From the human T2T-CHM13v2.0 reference genome, Homo sapiens: 64,000 nucleotides of DNA. Location: assembly GCF_009914755.1 (NCBI RefSeq), contig NC_060942.1; one strand, 5' to 3'. Both the position numbers and the translations under genes were made by a program. Below are positions 13,871 through 33,389 of the stretch, piece after piece. The notes beneath the pieces were generated by a model. That model made no database searches. It was not told the origin of the DNA and was given only the letters and a program-made list of their open reading frames with translations. The first letter of the stretch is position 1. Each line of letters opens with the position of its first letter.

Positions 13871-15704
13871 GGGTCTTAATCCTGCAAATCCTTCTCAGAA
13901 AAATTCACATACATGCACAATTTTTGCATGAAATTTAGGGGCTTTCCAGATTCCCTTGGATATCAGATCTAGGGCCCCTTCCCTAGAAGATGACAGCTAT
14001 GATATTATAAATAAACATGACCCCCTCATTGCCGTCACCAAGCTCTGAATACAAAGCATGCTTCTACTTAGCCCTTTTTTTTGCTGTAGTTTATCAGTAG
14101 CTTTTGTGCTCTCACATCACTGGACTTTTCTCTTGATCTTTTTTATCTTTCATCACATGTTGCATGGCAGATACATTTTGAACATTTCATTGACTGCCCT
14201 TCTTTGTTGCCCCCAGGTTACCTTTATTCCCCCACCACCAGCCAGTTTTTAGTTGACTGACACCACGTGCCTTTTCATTGCTGTACGCTTTTTCAAAAAT
14301 GTGTCTAAACATTCATACTAGTGTGCAGTTAAGATCTGTCTGATTTAGTTTTCAATTTTTTTAGATATTTATTATGATTCTCACTTGCCTAATCTCTTTG
14401 TAATATATTATTGTATATTTGGTTTACATCACTTGTATAAATGCCAAGTATTACAGGGCTTGGCTTGTGAACCTGTGTCTAGATTTCTGGAGGCCAGGGT
14501 TTTCCTTTGCGTAGTATGGGGAACTGTGAACATCTTCCTCCTATGCCTTATGCAATCTTAAATCTATTTTTCCGTGAAAATAAGAAAATGTTGACATGGG
14601 TATATTTTATACAGTGCTGTTGTACATATACACTTACCTATATGTATATTTAATAATATTATTAACCAACTAGCAGAAATTTGGCTGCCAGTGGATAGAT
14701 TTCTGAATGTTACATACTTATTCTAGTATCAGTGGTACCTCTGCTTGACCTAGTCCCAAGGAACCGTATTTCTTGCAGATTATTCTGCTTTAAATTTATC
14801 TGTAATGTTGTTTTTCTGATACTCTCAGTATAGTATAGTTATAAATTGTAGCTTAGTTTGAATTCATCTTAGAGAACATTGAAAGGAAAGAGAATATGTA
14901 TGAAGGCAGTATTTTCTACCTTTTCAGAGATTTCTGAATTTAAATAAAGAAGGCTATGGCCAAATACCCAAAAACTGTATTCAACATTATTTCCCTTTCA
15001 CATTGAGGATTTTTAAAAAGCAAAGGTTAAAGTGGTTTTCACTGAGGTATTGTTTGCATCAATGTTACCATGACTATATTTCTTCACTTAAATGTTCTTT
15101 TTCCTCTAGAAATGTTCTCTCTCCTGCTTATCTTTCTCATTGCCTTTACGCTAATTTAACTTCATTTAGAGCAGCATATTTCTCTACCATCTGATGCTGA
15201 CAGTGTAAATTATATGATAGAAAACAGTGATTTACAGTACCCTTGATTGTAACTCTGATTAGATTTGCCTTAAGACCTGAACATCATGCTCAATTATTTC
15301 TTGATTTTCTGTACCTATCACGTATGGAATATCTTTACAGTAAGAGATCTGCATAAAAGAATTTAAAAGTCTTGCTTCACACAAATGTAAGCTGGTAGAA
15401 TAACTTTGATAACCCCAAATATGTTCTGTTATTCTTTAATGAAATTTGCATGTTGTCTTAGGTTAGACAGTTAGATGCCAAAATAAGGTGATTGAGTAAT
15501 ACTTCTTAGATTAGTTTACGAAAACCAATCTTTGGAACTCATTTCAATTTCAGAATTTGATGAATTTCATTCATCTTCCGTTCATCTTAATTTCTTGGTT
15601 TTCTTACATCCTCTGAAAACTATATAATTTTCTATTATAAGAGCATCTTTCTACTTGCAGATTTAAAAAATATATATTTTATACGTTATTTTGCTTTTCT
15701 GCTC

Positions 15705-16106
15705 ATATTTTCTAATACTTTGTTGTATGTAATTTTCTTATTCCTTTATTAACACTTGGTAAGGCTCGTATCTCCTTACTTTACAAAATAAAAATCTAGA
15801 CTGTTCTTAACCAGCAGTAGAGTTTTAGTTGAGATTATAAAAGCAGCAAAGAAGCATCATCATTATAAACTGGTTTACATAAATTAAGCATGTTAGTGAT
15901 TATAAATATTTTCTAATACTTTGTTGTATGTAATTTTCATATTCCTTTACTAACACTTGGTAAGGCTCCTATCTCCTTGCTTTACAAAATAAAAATCTAG
16001 ACTGTTCTTAACCAAAAGCACAGTATTAGTTGAGATTATAAAAGCAGCAAAGAAACATCATCATTGTAAACTGGTTTACATAAATTAAGCATGTTAATGA
16101 CTATAA
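15705..16106. repeat. Tandem duplication, 2 x 201 bp (about 13 mismatches by manual count)
   Basis: 15705-15905 and 15906-16106 align without gaps (atattttctaatactttgttgtatgtaatttt...taaattaagcatgtta.tga.tataa). Confidence 0.95.
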
Positions 16107-16204
16107 ATGTAATTTGATGCATTTACTTCTATTGAATACTGCATTCATGAGAGATCCCAGTTGTACCTTTTATGTTTTGTGGTTGAGCAATAATTTATTT
16201 CTAA

Positions 16205-18181
<1,977 letters not shown>

Positions 18182-18999
18182 TAAATAAACAAAAGGCAAT
18201 TCCGTAGATAGGCTTTTCCTATTTAGAAGCCTAATTTTTCAAGAGTAATTAGATTTTCTTCCTTCTAGGTTTTATGCAGCAGTTTATAATCTAATCCTCT
18301 AATAGTAAATGATCCTCTTTATGACTATGTACTGAATTCATAAAAGCAGTTTAGATACATGCATATGTTTAGACCCAGCATTAAAGGAAAAAGAATTGAG
18401 AGAGAATAGGGCCTGGAAATGTCTCCAGGCCACTGAGACACCTGGGTTTATGGGGATTTCAAGGTGTAGTACAGAGACCTGTGTAAACCTGGGAAAATGT
18501 GAAAGATAATTTAGTTTTCTATAAAAGTTCTTTAGAGAACTTACACCATAAACCCAGTGTAATTTTTTCTAAGTTTCTGCTCTCTGTCACTTATACTGAC
18601 TTGATGCTTTTATCTAAGTGCATTTATACTGTTGTACAGTAAAGTGGATTATTCCATCATAGCATTGGTCTAGAATTATAAACATCTCAAGCTTTTTAAA
18701 TTAAAAATATTATGCTTTATATGTAGATATAAAATCTACAAAATTTTCATTTTATGTATGACTCATGTTCTCCACAGGCTGACTTTAAAATTATGGTTGT
18801 ACTTACTCTTTTTAATAAAGCAGTCTCTAGTAAGCAAGATTCTAGAGGTGTAAAAGATGAGCATTAAGTTCAATTAAAAACTTACTATGCATTTTAATTT
18901 CCGAAGCAATAGAAATAATAATATAAACTTTCCATAGGAGATATTTTTAAACATGCCAGTCTGTCAAAAGCTTATTTTCAAAGTCATATGGACTTTATG

Positions 19000-19120
19000 T
19001 AAAGATAGATAGATAACAACATGAGGGAAATTTGTAGTCATGGAAATGTTCTGTATCTTAATTGCATCAATGTCAGTATCCTGGTTGTGATATGTTAGAA
19101 TCTTGCAAGATGTTACTATC
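19000..19120 (+). mobile_element. Old L1M (L1MC/ME-like) 3' fragment
   Basis: ggaaatgttctgtatcttaattg..tgtcagtatcctggttgtgatat..ttgcaagatgttac is typical of old L1M 3' UTRs. Confidence 0.55.
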
Positions 19121-19519
19121 TTGCCATATTATTGAGCATATTAATTAATAAATTAAGCACTGATGTGAAAAAAAGGTAAATACTACAAGAATATTTGATG
19201 TTTGGTCTTAAGAGCTCTTGCTTAAGGATATTTAAGTTTATTTAAAATATGTTTAATTTTTTACATAGGAGAAATATTAAAAGAGCAAATTGAATCTTCT
19301 CCTCAAAACTATCTTTTCTTTTTTTGGCCTTTGGAATAGAACAGAGACTTCACAAGCAGTTTGAAAATGAGAAACAAGATAGCTCAGGAAGACAATTTCA
19401 TCCATCAAAGTTCCAAAGCATAATTCTAAATTGATATGTATAATCTGGAGAAAAAGGAAACAGAATACATGGAAACACCACCAAATGGGAAGTCCAAAGG
19501 CTCTAGTCACTCACTAGTT

Positions 19520-19610
19520 ATATAATCCCAAGGCAAACTACTTTACCTGCACAGCCTCAGTTTCCTCAACTGTGAAATGAGGGATGTCAACTAGAGTCTT
19601 TCCAGCTCTA
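19520..19610 (+). mobile_element. MIR SINE fragment
   Basis: gcctcagtttcctcaactgtgaaatgaggg MIR core. Confidence 0.6.
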
Positions 19611-20616
19611 CACAGCCATGACTAAGAATGCTTTTAGTGACTAGAGCAACACAGCCTTGCTATGGAATGCTGGCTGTTAGACCTTGTGCCTCATGAATTT
19701 GGTGATGACTCTGCGAGTCTCTTAATTACCAAGAATTGGTAAACAGTATGGGTTGGGACGTTTACAAAATTCAGCAGATTGTGGATTACCAATATCAAAA
19801 GAAACTGCCCAATGCATAAATCCTTTAGAGACAGAAAATCAGAGTTTCCCTTGCTTTTATGCAAATGCAATGATAATACAATCCCTTTGGAAAACAGAAC
19901 ACGCTGACAAATGTAGTCTCATTCCATCTTTAAAACAGCCCTTTGAAGGAAATAGATCAGAAATAACTAGTCCCATTTTACAACTGAGTTTACAAACTTC
20001 TCTTGTGTTCTTATATGTATAAAGCAGCATGCAAGGTAGCATGGGAGTGCATAAAAATCATAGAGTTCTTGGCTCAGAGAGATTATTGGAGAAACTGAGG
20101 TACACAATGATTAGCCTAGGATCACAAAGTTCCTTTGTGTAAAGTCAAAATGAGAATTCTAGTTGTCAATATCTCAGTCAGGGCTTTTTTCTTTGGGTCA
20201 AATTAAGACAGACAAACTCAAATAGAGTTGAAGTTCCACTTTTTTATGCCACTAAAAAAGATATTTCAAAATTAAATATCTTGAAGTCTTTCTTTTTAGC
20301 CTACCACACTTCTAGAAGCATGAATTTTGTATCCATTTGTATGATGCATTAAGAAGATTCTTCATTTCCATGCCAAATGAAGTTACAATGGATGTTTTTG
20401 TAGATTAAAAAACAGATTAAAAACTTAATTTTTTCCATTCATACTACGTTTCTTATTGCTTTATGCCCTAAGGGTGCATCCAGGGATTTAGGTGTAGTTC
20501 ATGGCATATTAGGAGAGAATGCAGCTAGTCTTTTCCCTTGCATTATCACATTCTACGTGCCTCCTCTGTGATCATGTATGAAGCACATTATATTTTTTTT
20601 TCTGTCCTCCTTTTAG

Positions 20617-24324
<3,708 letters not shown>

Positions 24325-27300
24325 GAGCTGAGTGAAAGATGCAGTATCCCTTTTCCACACGGAAAAGCCAAATAGCATCAGCAACAACAAATAGAATAAT
24401 GCAGTGGTTTCTATCATGCTAATTTATTTTGCTTTGGAGCAGGTACCTTTCCTCTATGGCATTATTTTCTTGCATTTCTCATAAAGGGGAGGATGCATCC
24501 CAACTGAATGGCTCACTGGCATGTCTTTTATGTGTTCAGTTGCCATTCCTAGCTTTGGAAAGTTTCTATCTGTCCATGTGTATACAAGTCAATGCCCCAT
24601 TTTTGTTTTTCTTTTAACCGAGGTGTAGATAGGAAAAGGACATTTTTAATTACTTAATAACCGGAAATGCAGATGTGTAAGGAGAATGAGAGGAATGAGT
24701 TAAAGTGGTTATGCATTTTTCTATAGATGAGCCATTACAGCAAGGAATTTTACAGTTGACTTCTCTGAACCTAGCTTTACCACAGTGATTAAATCCTATT
24801 TAGAAAGGGGAATCTGATTTAAATGTGTGATTCCTTGTATTTGCTCCTATCACAAAAGATATATTAAAGGAGGTATGCCATTAATGAAATCCACTGTCCT
24901 GAGTATTATCTTTCCTCCTGTTGTACTTTCTCAGAGACTATGGCAGAATATCTGGATCTTCCTTGGATTTTGTACACATATTGTAGTGAAATGTGTCCTA
25001 CATCTGAAATTGCATGGGACTCATGCCCAGCAATCTGGTTCTAGGCCTTTGACACCTGATAATATGAGAGCAATTGGCCAGCCAATAGCCATAAGCCCAG
25101 AGGATTTTAGAGCTTCATGTGTGGCTTTTAAGAGCAGGTTTGAAAAAAAAAAAAAAAAGACCCTAAACTTCAAAGCAAGGAAATAAGATGCTGTATATGC
25201 ACACATAAATGCATTGATAATGTAAATATCCTATTCACGCTAATGAATTACTAGATATTAAAAGTGGGGGGTGGAAATCATTGTAGCCCTTTATTGATGA
25301 CACCCATTCATTCTGGCTTCAGACCTTGCAGAGGTTGGCCATATCTTTTTAAAAGTGTCATTGATGATAAAAGGGACTACCCAAGGCTAAAGCGTCAACA
25401 TTTTTCAGAACAATTGCTTTTCTCATTATTTACAACCTATATAATTCAACTTTGAAATAACCCTTATTTTGAAAAAAACTGTTCTAGGTATGGCATGTTT
25501 TGTTTTTTCCCTCAGGTATATTCAATACATTCTTCATATTTGGGGGAACTGCTTTTGAAAAAGGGATACTGCATCTTAACAGTTATCTTCAGTGTGCATC
25601 CAGTAAAGTCTGCGTGTTGAGTATTTGAGCTACATTCCATATATTTTGGCCACCCTCATACCAGAGGACAGCCGTAGTTCAGGAGGCTCTGTTTTCAAAA
25701 GCAAGTTCAAAAGCACATGCACATTGAGGGAAGATGAAAGAAAACAAAAACCAACCATGCCCATTTAACTTCAGATTACAGAGCACAAAATGTGGAGTGC
25801 CATTAACCCATTGATTGATTGTGGCTGTAGAATTTAAAAAGCAAACATGGGGGGGTGGGGAATCATCTGTATCCAGGGTAAGAATGACCAATATTTTCAC
25901 ATGGGATCATCCTAATCACTGTAAACTTTTTGACATTCCCGTAAAACACGTCTTAAAAGTTGACTGGAATGAGCAGAAATTACATTCCTGAAAACAAGAA
26001 CACTTGTGATTTTTTTATAATAACCAACTATATAATATGTTTTTTTCTCCGTATTTATTGTGATGTTGCCAAATTTCTTTCTTTAGGTGATAGAGACATC
26101 ATTTCGAATAACAAATTGCTGATAGTGAGAGGTACTTTACTTTATCTTAGAAAGAAAGAAAAGGCCTGCTGCTGTAGCCATGATTTTGGTGCTTCAGTAC
26201 TGTCATTTCTGTTTTTCACAGTAAAATTGGCAAAACTAATGACTGAGAAAGTTAGTTAGCAATGCACTTAACCAGCCTTACCTGAGGAAAGCAGCATAAG
26301 TTCCAGTGGATCCTTAGTTTTCTCTTCACTGCCTGCCAGGTTGTGTTGGGGTGGCATCCTTATCAGTGGTGTCTTTGTCTGCCTGGCTCTGATATCATCC
26401 TGATTTCGAAGATCATGCTGTTAGTCTCACAGCGGGGCACCCCTATAATATAGACACTTGCATGCCAACTCCTTCCAAATTCAGTCACTGCTATACCAGT
26501 GTCAGATACTGTCTACACCAGCAAATTGAAAACCATCACATCAGTAACTGACATGGTGTCGGAAGAAACTCCAGTCTACAGAACCTTTGCACTCAGTATG
26601 TGAGGTACAATTGAGGCTGATGAGATACTGAGCTCATTATCAGTTCCTTCATTGTTGAATACTGCCTGCAAGTTGCTTATTGGGAATAAGAAAAAGTGTC
26701 CTTCTGTATGTTTTGATTTTTCACATAACAGGCTTGGAGAATCAGTTGTTGATAGTGCATGGATTCTATCATCCAGGTCCGATTAGCATAATTTTTCTGC
26801 GCCCTTTTTTTTTTTTTTTTGCTCCAGTTCAAATTCCTAGTGTTCTCATATGGTTTATATTACTGAAAAATTAATATCTTTAAGCTAAAATATAAGGGAA
26901 AGGAAGAAGAGAAATTTAGATGTAAAATGTGGGTCAGATATTTTATAGGTTTCCATTTAATATATATATACACACAAAATCCAGTATATTCTGAGTAGGT
27001 TCTTAGTTTTCTGATTTCTACATGTGTCTGCTATGTGCAAATGTAGTATATTATTTACTACATGGTTATTGTGGTGTAGTGTGCAAATGTTAGCATGTGC
27101 ATTATCCTGATTACTGGACACAGTTTTATTCTTATCAGGAATAGAACTTGCACATGTACCATACAATTTTTTTTTTTTTAATCACAAAGGATGTATTTCC
27201 CTAAGTAGCACTTTTGGAGCAGGGGAAGGAAGAAAACTGCTATTCCCTAATCCTCCTCCTATAAGATATGCATATGCCTGAGGTGTATAAAGACATTTAG

Positions 27301-28925
27301 GTTAGTTAATGGGCATGTTAATAAGAGCATTGTGATGCAAATTCATTTTCAAAATGAAAATAATTTTTTCTTCCCCAAAATGAGAATAGTAGAAATTTTG
27401 GTGAACTGAGCACCATAGTTATATAATATTTCCCTGCGAAGGTCTAGTTTGAAGAAAAAAAAAACTTGAAAACAAACCTATGAGGTTGAGCCTGGTTGCT
27501 ATAAAGACTTTGGGATGGTATGTGTTTCTGGGATGAGCTATATAGAAAGTTTAGTTGACTGCTGGACCTTGGATATTCTTACTCGGTTCAAAATACACAA
27601 AAACAAGCTGGTACATATGGTGCTTTATAATGCAGTCGAGAGTAAGAATACATGTTGCTGTAGCCCCATTTCCTTTACAAACCCCCGCACAATTTCAAAA
27701 GTGGAAGTTACCGTGGCCTCTGGTTTCCCAGTTCCTCCGTGGTGTAATGAAGTCCCAGGTTTTAGAAGCTGAAGCCAAGCCTAGGGTAGCATCGTCTGTA
27801 CGGTGGTGAGGCCCAGCACAGCGGTAGCTGCCTAGTGGGAATGACCCCCTGAGCATGCAGAGCCCAGAGTCACTGTCCATCTGCGTTCCCAGAGAACAAT
27901 TGTGAAGAGTCCTAGAACAGGAACTCTGAATCAGACTGTCAGGGGCCTATGTAGCCAAAATGTTACTAAATATAAAATTCCTGTCGTCTTCAGTCTTCAT
28001 GCTTTGTCACTGTAAAAAGAACAAAAAGCATTTTTACTATAATTTAAAGGAGCTGCTTTTTTATAGCACATACTATTTCGCTTTGTACTATATTTGATAG
28101 TTGCAGAATAATTTAGACTGTAGAAAAACTTTGTTGTATTTGTACTGTTCTTGAATGTTTCAAAGAAAGTGCTTTACTTGGTTGCCATAATTTTCTTGTA
28201 CTGCTGTATTCCCCTCCTTCCCCTGCTTCATGGAAACCTGATATGATACATATTTTCAGTAGTTTTTTTTTTTTAATGTGTGTTCGTTTGTACAATTTTT
28301 TTTTTGGTCAGTATTCTGAATGTTTACATCTGTTTGACATTAGCCATTTAATGCCTTTTTTAAAGGCGGTATTACTCCTACAGTGTAACAGCAAAATGTG
28401 AAATCAACCCAAACATAACATGCATGACAAACACAGATTGGGGGCGAAGGCCCTGAACCTACATAGACATTTTATATCAGCATACAGAAAAGTAAAATCC
28501 TCCTTCAGTCCTCTACCAAAGAATATATTATTCCCACAGGAAAAACTCAGAAAAGGTGTGTAAAATCCTCAGAAGGGGGAGCAGTTGATTCAGTAAGACT
28601 GCGACAATTTAATACTGTTACGCTTGCTTTGATACCTGACTAAATGTGACTGAGTGCAACAAGCATTTAAGAAAATTTTTAGACAGTGTTTTGTTTAGAA
28701 TTCAGGGATCATGCATTCTTTAATGGTGCTGTTTGTTTTTTATTTCTTTTCTACAAAGAAAACAAGTGTTGCCTACAAAAGTGACTGCTCACAATACCAT
28801 AAGTTAAATGAAATGAAATGTTTGTCTCTTCATGTTTCTCTGTCTTTCCCTTTCTCAAAGTAACAACTTGGGTTTCAATATTAAGATATTCTGGAGAAAA
28901 TAAAGAAATTAAACATGAAATAATT
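24325..28925 (+). other. ASXL3: ASXL3 3' UTR (~4.6 kb)
   Basis: Follows the stop codon. AU/U-rich with no recognisable transposons. Ends at a poly(A) signal cluster. The end coordinate is inferred. Confidence 0.75.
28899..28913 (+). terminator. Candidate ASXL3 polyadenylation signals AATAAA (28899-28904) and ATTAAA (28908-28913)
   Basis: Tandem hexamers followed by a U-rich downstream stretch (ttgtcatttttaatttttt). Confidence 0.7.
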
Positions 28926-30782
28926 GTCATTTTTAATTTTTTAATGAAATGAAGTAATTTATATATGTTAAATGTACTAATAATTGGAAATTCTATTTAA
29001 AATTTATAGGGACAACTTAAACCATATACTCTTAAATTACCCACGCTTCTTTTTGGTAATGGTGACTTGTCAACATATGGTTATAACTATGGTTAAAACA
29101 GGAAAAGCTAAAACTGAAACTTCAGAAATTGTAGCTGTTACTCTTATCATTTAAGACTATATTTGGACTTTCTGTTTTCATTAAGATCTTAATTTTTTAT
29201 ACCAAAAAGCATTCAGGTAAACAAATTGTTACTATCACATGTATTTTTAACTTTCAAAATGAATAATTCAGAAAATGATCCCTTAGAAGAATTGCTTTGG
29301 TTAATTTTTTAAAATCCTACATGAAATATTGTAACTAGAGTTACTTGAATGAAATGCTGTGAGCCATTAAAACAAAATTGCTTCAGTTATATTTACATAG
29401 GTTAAAGAAATACGCATATCTTTTCAGTAAGATGGATCAAAGCATTAAACACAGTTGGCTGTTAAATCTCCTGTTTTTCATCTACACAGAAGATGTTGTG
29501 TTTAGCCACCAGATGGCGAAAGAGGATATTTACTTTTGTAGGAAAAAAGAAAATACTTTTTCCTCCTACAAAAACCAAATTTAATAATATTAAAAGTCAA
29601 ATTTATTCAGGTAAGCCAGTAGAGGATGGATATTTCTACATTAATTACATTATTTTCACGACAATGATGATGCTTTTTTGTTCCACTGTTTTTTCTACTA
29701 ACATATTTACAAAATGCTTTCTTAATTTTATTTAGAATTGCAGTTTGTTTTAAAAATTTTTTCTCATTGCATTACCCCACAGGCATTATCTAGTCCAAAA
29801 CCTATTAGGATAAAACTGAACAGCTCAGCATTCTCTAAGCTGTCGCTTAGTGAAACTTATCTGAATGCTTGTGTGTTTTTATTTTCATAAAAGTACAATG
29901 ACACAATTCTTGTATAAATGTGCCATTATTTTTAATACAATAATGTAGCCTAATTTGAATAATAATTTATGTTAGGATCTAAAGTATTTATTTGTATCCA
30001 TCATAGCACTTATCAAAGAACAAGTGATTTATCCAGTATTTATTCACATAAATACTTCATTGTAATCAAACATAATTATGTTATTTACAAGGAACCCAGC
30101 TAGCAGTGTAGTTGATAGAACAGTTTTGGGCTTCTTGCTAGAGAAGAGAATTGAACAGAAATCCTAGAAAGTGTTTCACATCCCATAAAATTATTTGAAG
30201 TCTTTCTTTAACTGTAGATCTCCTAGACTGAATATTTCAAGTGAAGATCACACACAGTGCTTCACAGTGATCTGCAAAAATGAAAAGTTGAAATAATCAA
30301 ATGTCACAACTAATTTAGAAGTCTAAATTGAGTGATGAACCCAGTACTCATCCCTATAGAAACTTTTAACCAAGTTGCCAATGTAACTACCATAGACTCA
30401 CTACTTAGAGGAAAATCACCTGAGTTAACAAAACAAAGGTTGAAGTTTTGACCATTTTATTTAACCAGTTTTAAGTTCTGCAACTATAGTAAATATCCCA
30501 TTGTGCTACCTGAATATAAGTAAAGCATGTATTAAAAATATTTAGCAATCTTGTAAGGGTCAACCAACCAATCTAAACACATGCTACACAAAAGAAGTGG
30601 CCCTATAAAAACAAATCAGTGAAGAATGGCTGAATGTCAGTTCTGTGAATGAAGGAGCCCCGAGTCTGCTTTTATCGGTAGTTTGGATTTTTACGTAGTA
30701 CCTTCATTGCATTTATGGGAAAGTCTGTTTCGGAGGTACTTTCTTTTTTAAGCTAAAATTACCAGCTAAAGTCTCATTTAAA

Positions 30783-30997
30783 AATTTTTATTCATTGTAA
30801 TTCACAAATTATAGTTGTACATATTTATGGGGTAAAAAGTGATGTTACAATTTATGAATACAATATGGAGTAGTTAAATCAAGCTAGTGAACGTATTCAT
30901 CTCAAATACTTGTTTTTGTGGTGAGAATATTTGAAATGTACTGAGCAGTTTTGAAGTGTACAGGTCCTTATTTACTATACTCACCATGCTGTGCAAA
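30783..30997 (-). mobile_element. L1MA-like 3' end fragment
   Basis: atagttgtacatatttatggggta..gtgatgtt..aatcaagcta..ttttgtggtgagaatatttgaaat..caccatgctgtgcaa is an L1MA 3' UTR in reverse orientation. Confidence 0.75.
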
Positions 30998-32339
30998 TGG
31001 ACACTCCTCATAAGTAACAACTTGGCCCGAGAGTGGGGGCACCAGCTACTTTAAAACAAGGTCTCGGACACTTGAAGTTATACACATTCCATCTCATTTT
31101 CTATAGGGTCATCACAAAGTCTTTATTTGTCAAAAGTTCGTAAATGGAAAATAGATTTCACTTTTGATTCAACCTGTATCTGTAGTTTCATATTGTGATT
31201 TTATTTCAGGAAAACACTGTGCCCAGAATCTTCATTCTTCAATGAAGAAGGAACACAGAGGGACCTCAAAGGAGTGCAGAACTATGGTTCTGTTTTCTTT
31301 GATTGATTTCAATGTACAATTCTGGGATGTTACAGCGTCGCCTAGATATAGCAAAGTGTGACTGACCTCAGTAACTGTAGAAAATGTGAGCTTTTCCTGG
31401 GTTTTTCTCTCCTCCAATAGGTGACAACATTTATGTGTGTCCATTTATATAGAAATGAAACATTTCCTACTGTAATATAAACATCATTTGCAAATCAGTT
31501 TGTCTTAAATTGAGGATTTGAAAGGGTTGGCGTAGGAGTAGGGACAGTGTTCTATAATGGCTTCTAAGTGGAAGCCACTAACACATTTTATACCCCTTCT
31601 TCCCTTAACCTGTAAGCTCAGTGTAGATTTCGTTTTTTCTTTCAGTGCATATTTTTGATAAAATCTTTACATCTCCAGGAAGAAAAGTAAAAGCAATGAA
31701 AAATTAGCTGGTAGCTTAGAAAACCTCAACAAATTTTAAAGCTTTTAAAAACTATATTCAGAGTAGGACTCTATGGATAATCTGTTACCTCTCCTCGATA
31801 AATACTCACTGAACGTCCTCACCTTTTGTCCATCAGAAAGACTGTGAGATCGGTAACAGCCAGTTTCTTTCTTCTTCTTCATATGTTGATACTGGAAAGG
31901 TCTTTGGTAGAAACTTTCCTGTCCAAAAAGATTTGCTTGGCAACAACTGGGAATAATCAAAGCTACCAGTCCTTACAATTCCAGTTTTATAATTGTGACT
32001 TTCAGTAATATTATTACCTTAAAAAATAAATCTAAAGAAGACGTCACGATCTGAATATGGAGATTTTACAAGTTCCCTTCATATCGATAAACTTTGAAGA
32101 GTTTTAAGTGTATACTACAGCGATTTTCCAGAGCTGTTCCAAAAAGGCTTTATTAAAAAATACTCATTTAGAAATAATTGATAACATTAAAAATAATTTA
32201 TTAAATTATTTAAAATAACAGTTAACATTATTTTAAAATGGGTATTAAAAAAGATTAAAAAGTAATAGTTGATAACATTGAAGGTATTAACAAATAATTT
32301 TAAAATAATTGATAATATTAGTGAAATGCAGTGTAACAA

Positions 32340-32530
32340 GTGCCGCAAAGCATTTTACAGGTATTATCACATTTATTCTTAAAAAAAAACTATAAAGGAA
32401 GCACCATTATTATATCTATGTAATACATAAGGAATCTGAGGCTTAGAGAGCTTAAAGTTAAGAACACTCAGCTAAGATTTGGGGTATAAAGATTTATCAG
32501 AAACAAAAGCCCATCCTCTTACCTGCTAGA
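32340..32530 (-). mobile_element. MIR SINE fragment
   Basis: agcattttacaggtattatcacattt..aaggaatctgaggcttagagag..aaagcccatcctctta. Confidence 0.6.
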
Positions 32531-32897
32531 AGATGCAATGGCTGCTGCACAGATTTTGCTAACTCCTGGGGATTCCAAGAAAAATCAGAGGGTCTCAGAC
32601 CTTGAAAAAAATATAGGTTAGTGGGAAAAACAATAAAATAATGTGACAAAAATATAACCAAGACGTGCAAGGTTCAATAAGGAAGGAAGCAACCAAGTGG
32701 GTGAAACTAGGGTTGCCAGTGGCTGAGAATGAGACCTCTAGAAGGGCACATATTTCCCCTCATCTGCCATGGTTTAAGGGCAGTACCACGGGGCAGGAGA
32801 GCAAGTTCTTCCCCATCAGTATACCAGTTACTTTCCTGGAACAGGGTTCATCAATAATGAGACTCTTTTTTTCTGATAATGATCTTTTTGAGTTTTA

Positions 32898-33389
32898 TGA
32901 CCGTCCACTAGAGAAAAAAAAAATCAAGCTTGTAAAGAATTAAAGTTAGTTTTATTCAGAAGTCTTACTGGGGACTGTAGACTGAGGACTATAGCCCTGG
33001 AGAGATCTTTCAGAGAGGTTCCATCAGACTATTCCAAAACTGTTTTGGCTCATCGCTTATATACAGGCAGTGAAGGTTCAGTACGTGCAAAATCATATCA
33101 AATTTTGGGTGCAAGAGTACATCTGGTTATAGACAGTAGAGGCATAATCACTGACCCTGTCAGACATTATCTTATTATAGGAAAAGGCAAGGTCTAGGGT
33201 CATTTATCCTTTAAGGAATATGGTGACTTCATTCAAGAGATGTGGGAACCGTGTGCTCTATCCAGTTTTGTCCTCAAAGCATTCTTCCAGAGAACTGCAT
33301 CTTGTCACAGAGTCAGGGGCTTTGTGAAATTATGCTGGCAGGCAGAAGTGAGCAAACATGGCTTTCTATATTTACTACTTTGTCTCACA
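32898..33389 (-). mobile_element. Solo ERV LTR (LTR47-like)
   Basis: The minus strand begins TGTGAGACAAAGTAG..AAGCCATGTTTGCTCACTTCTGCCTGCCAGCATAATTTCACAAAGCCCCTGACTCTGTGAC, resembling LTR47 as recalled. The left boundary is approximate. Confidence 0.65.

Noticed and set aside
25143-25158. A-tract as a transcript end
   Set aside because: It is a genomic A run with no canonical hexamer just upstream, so it is more likely an oligo-dT internal-priming site.
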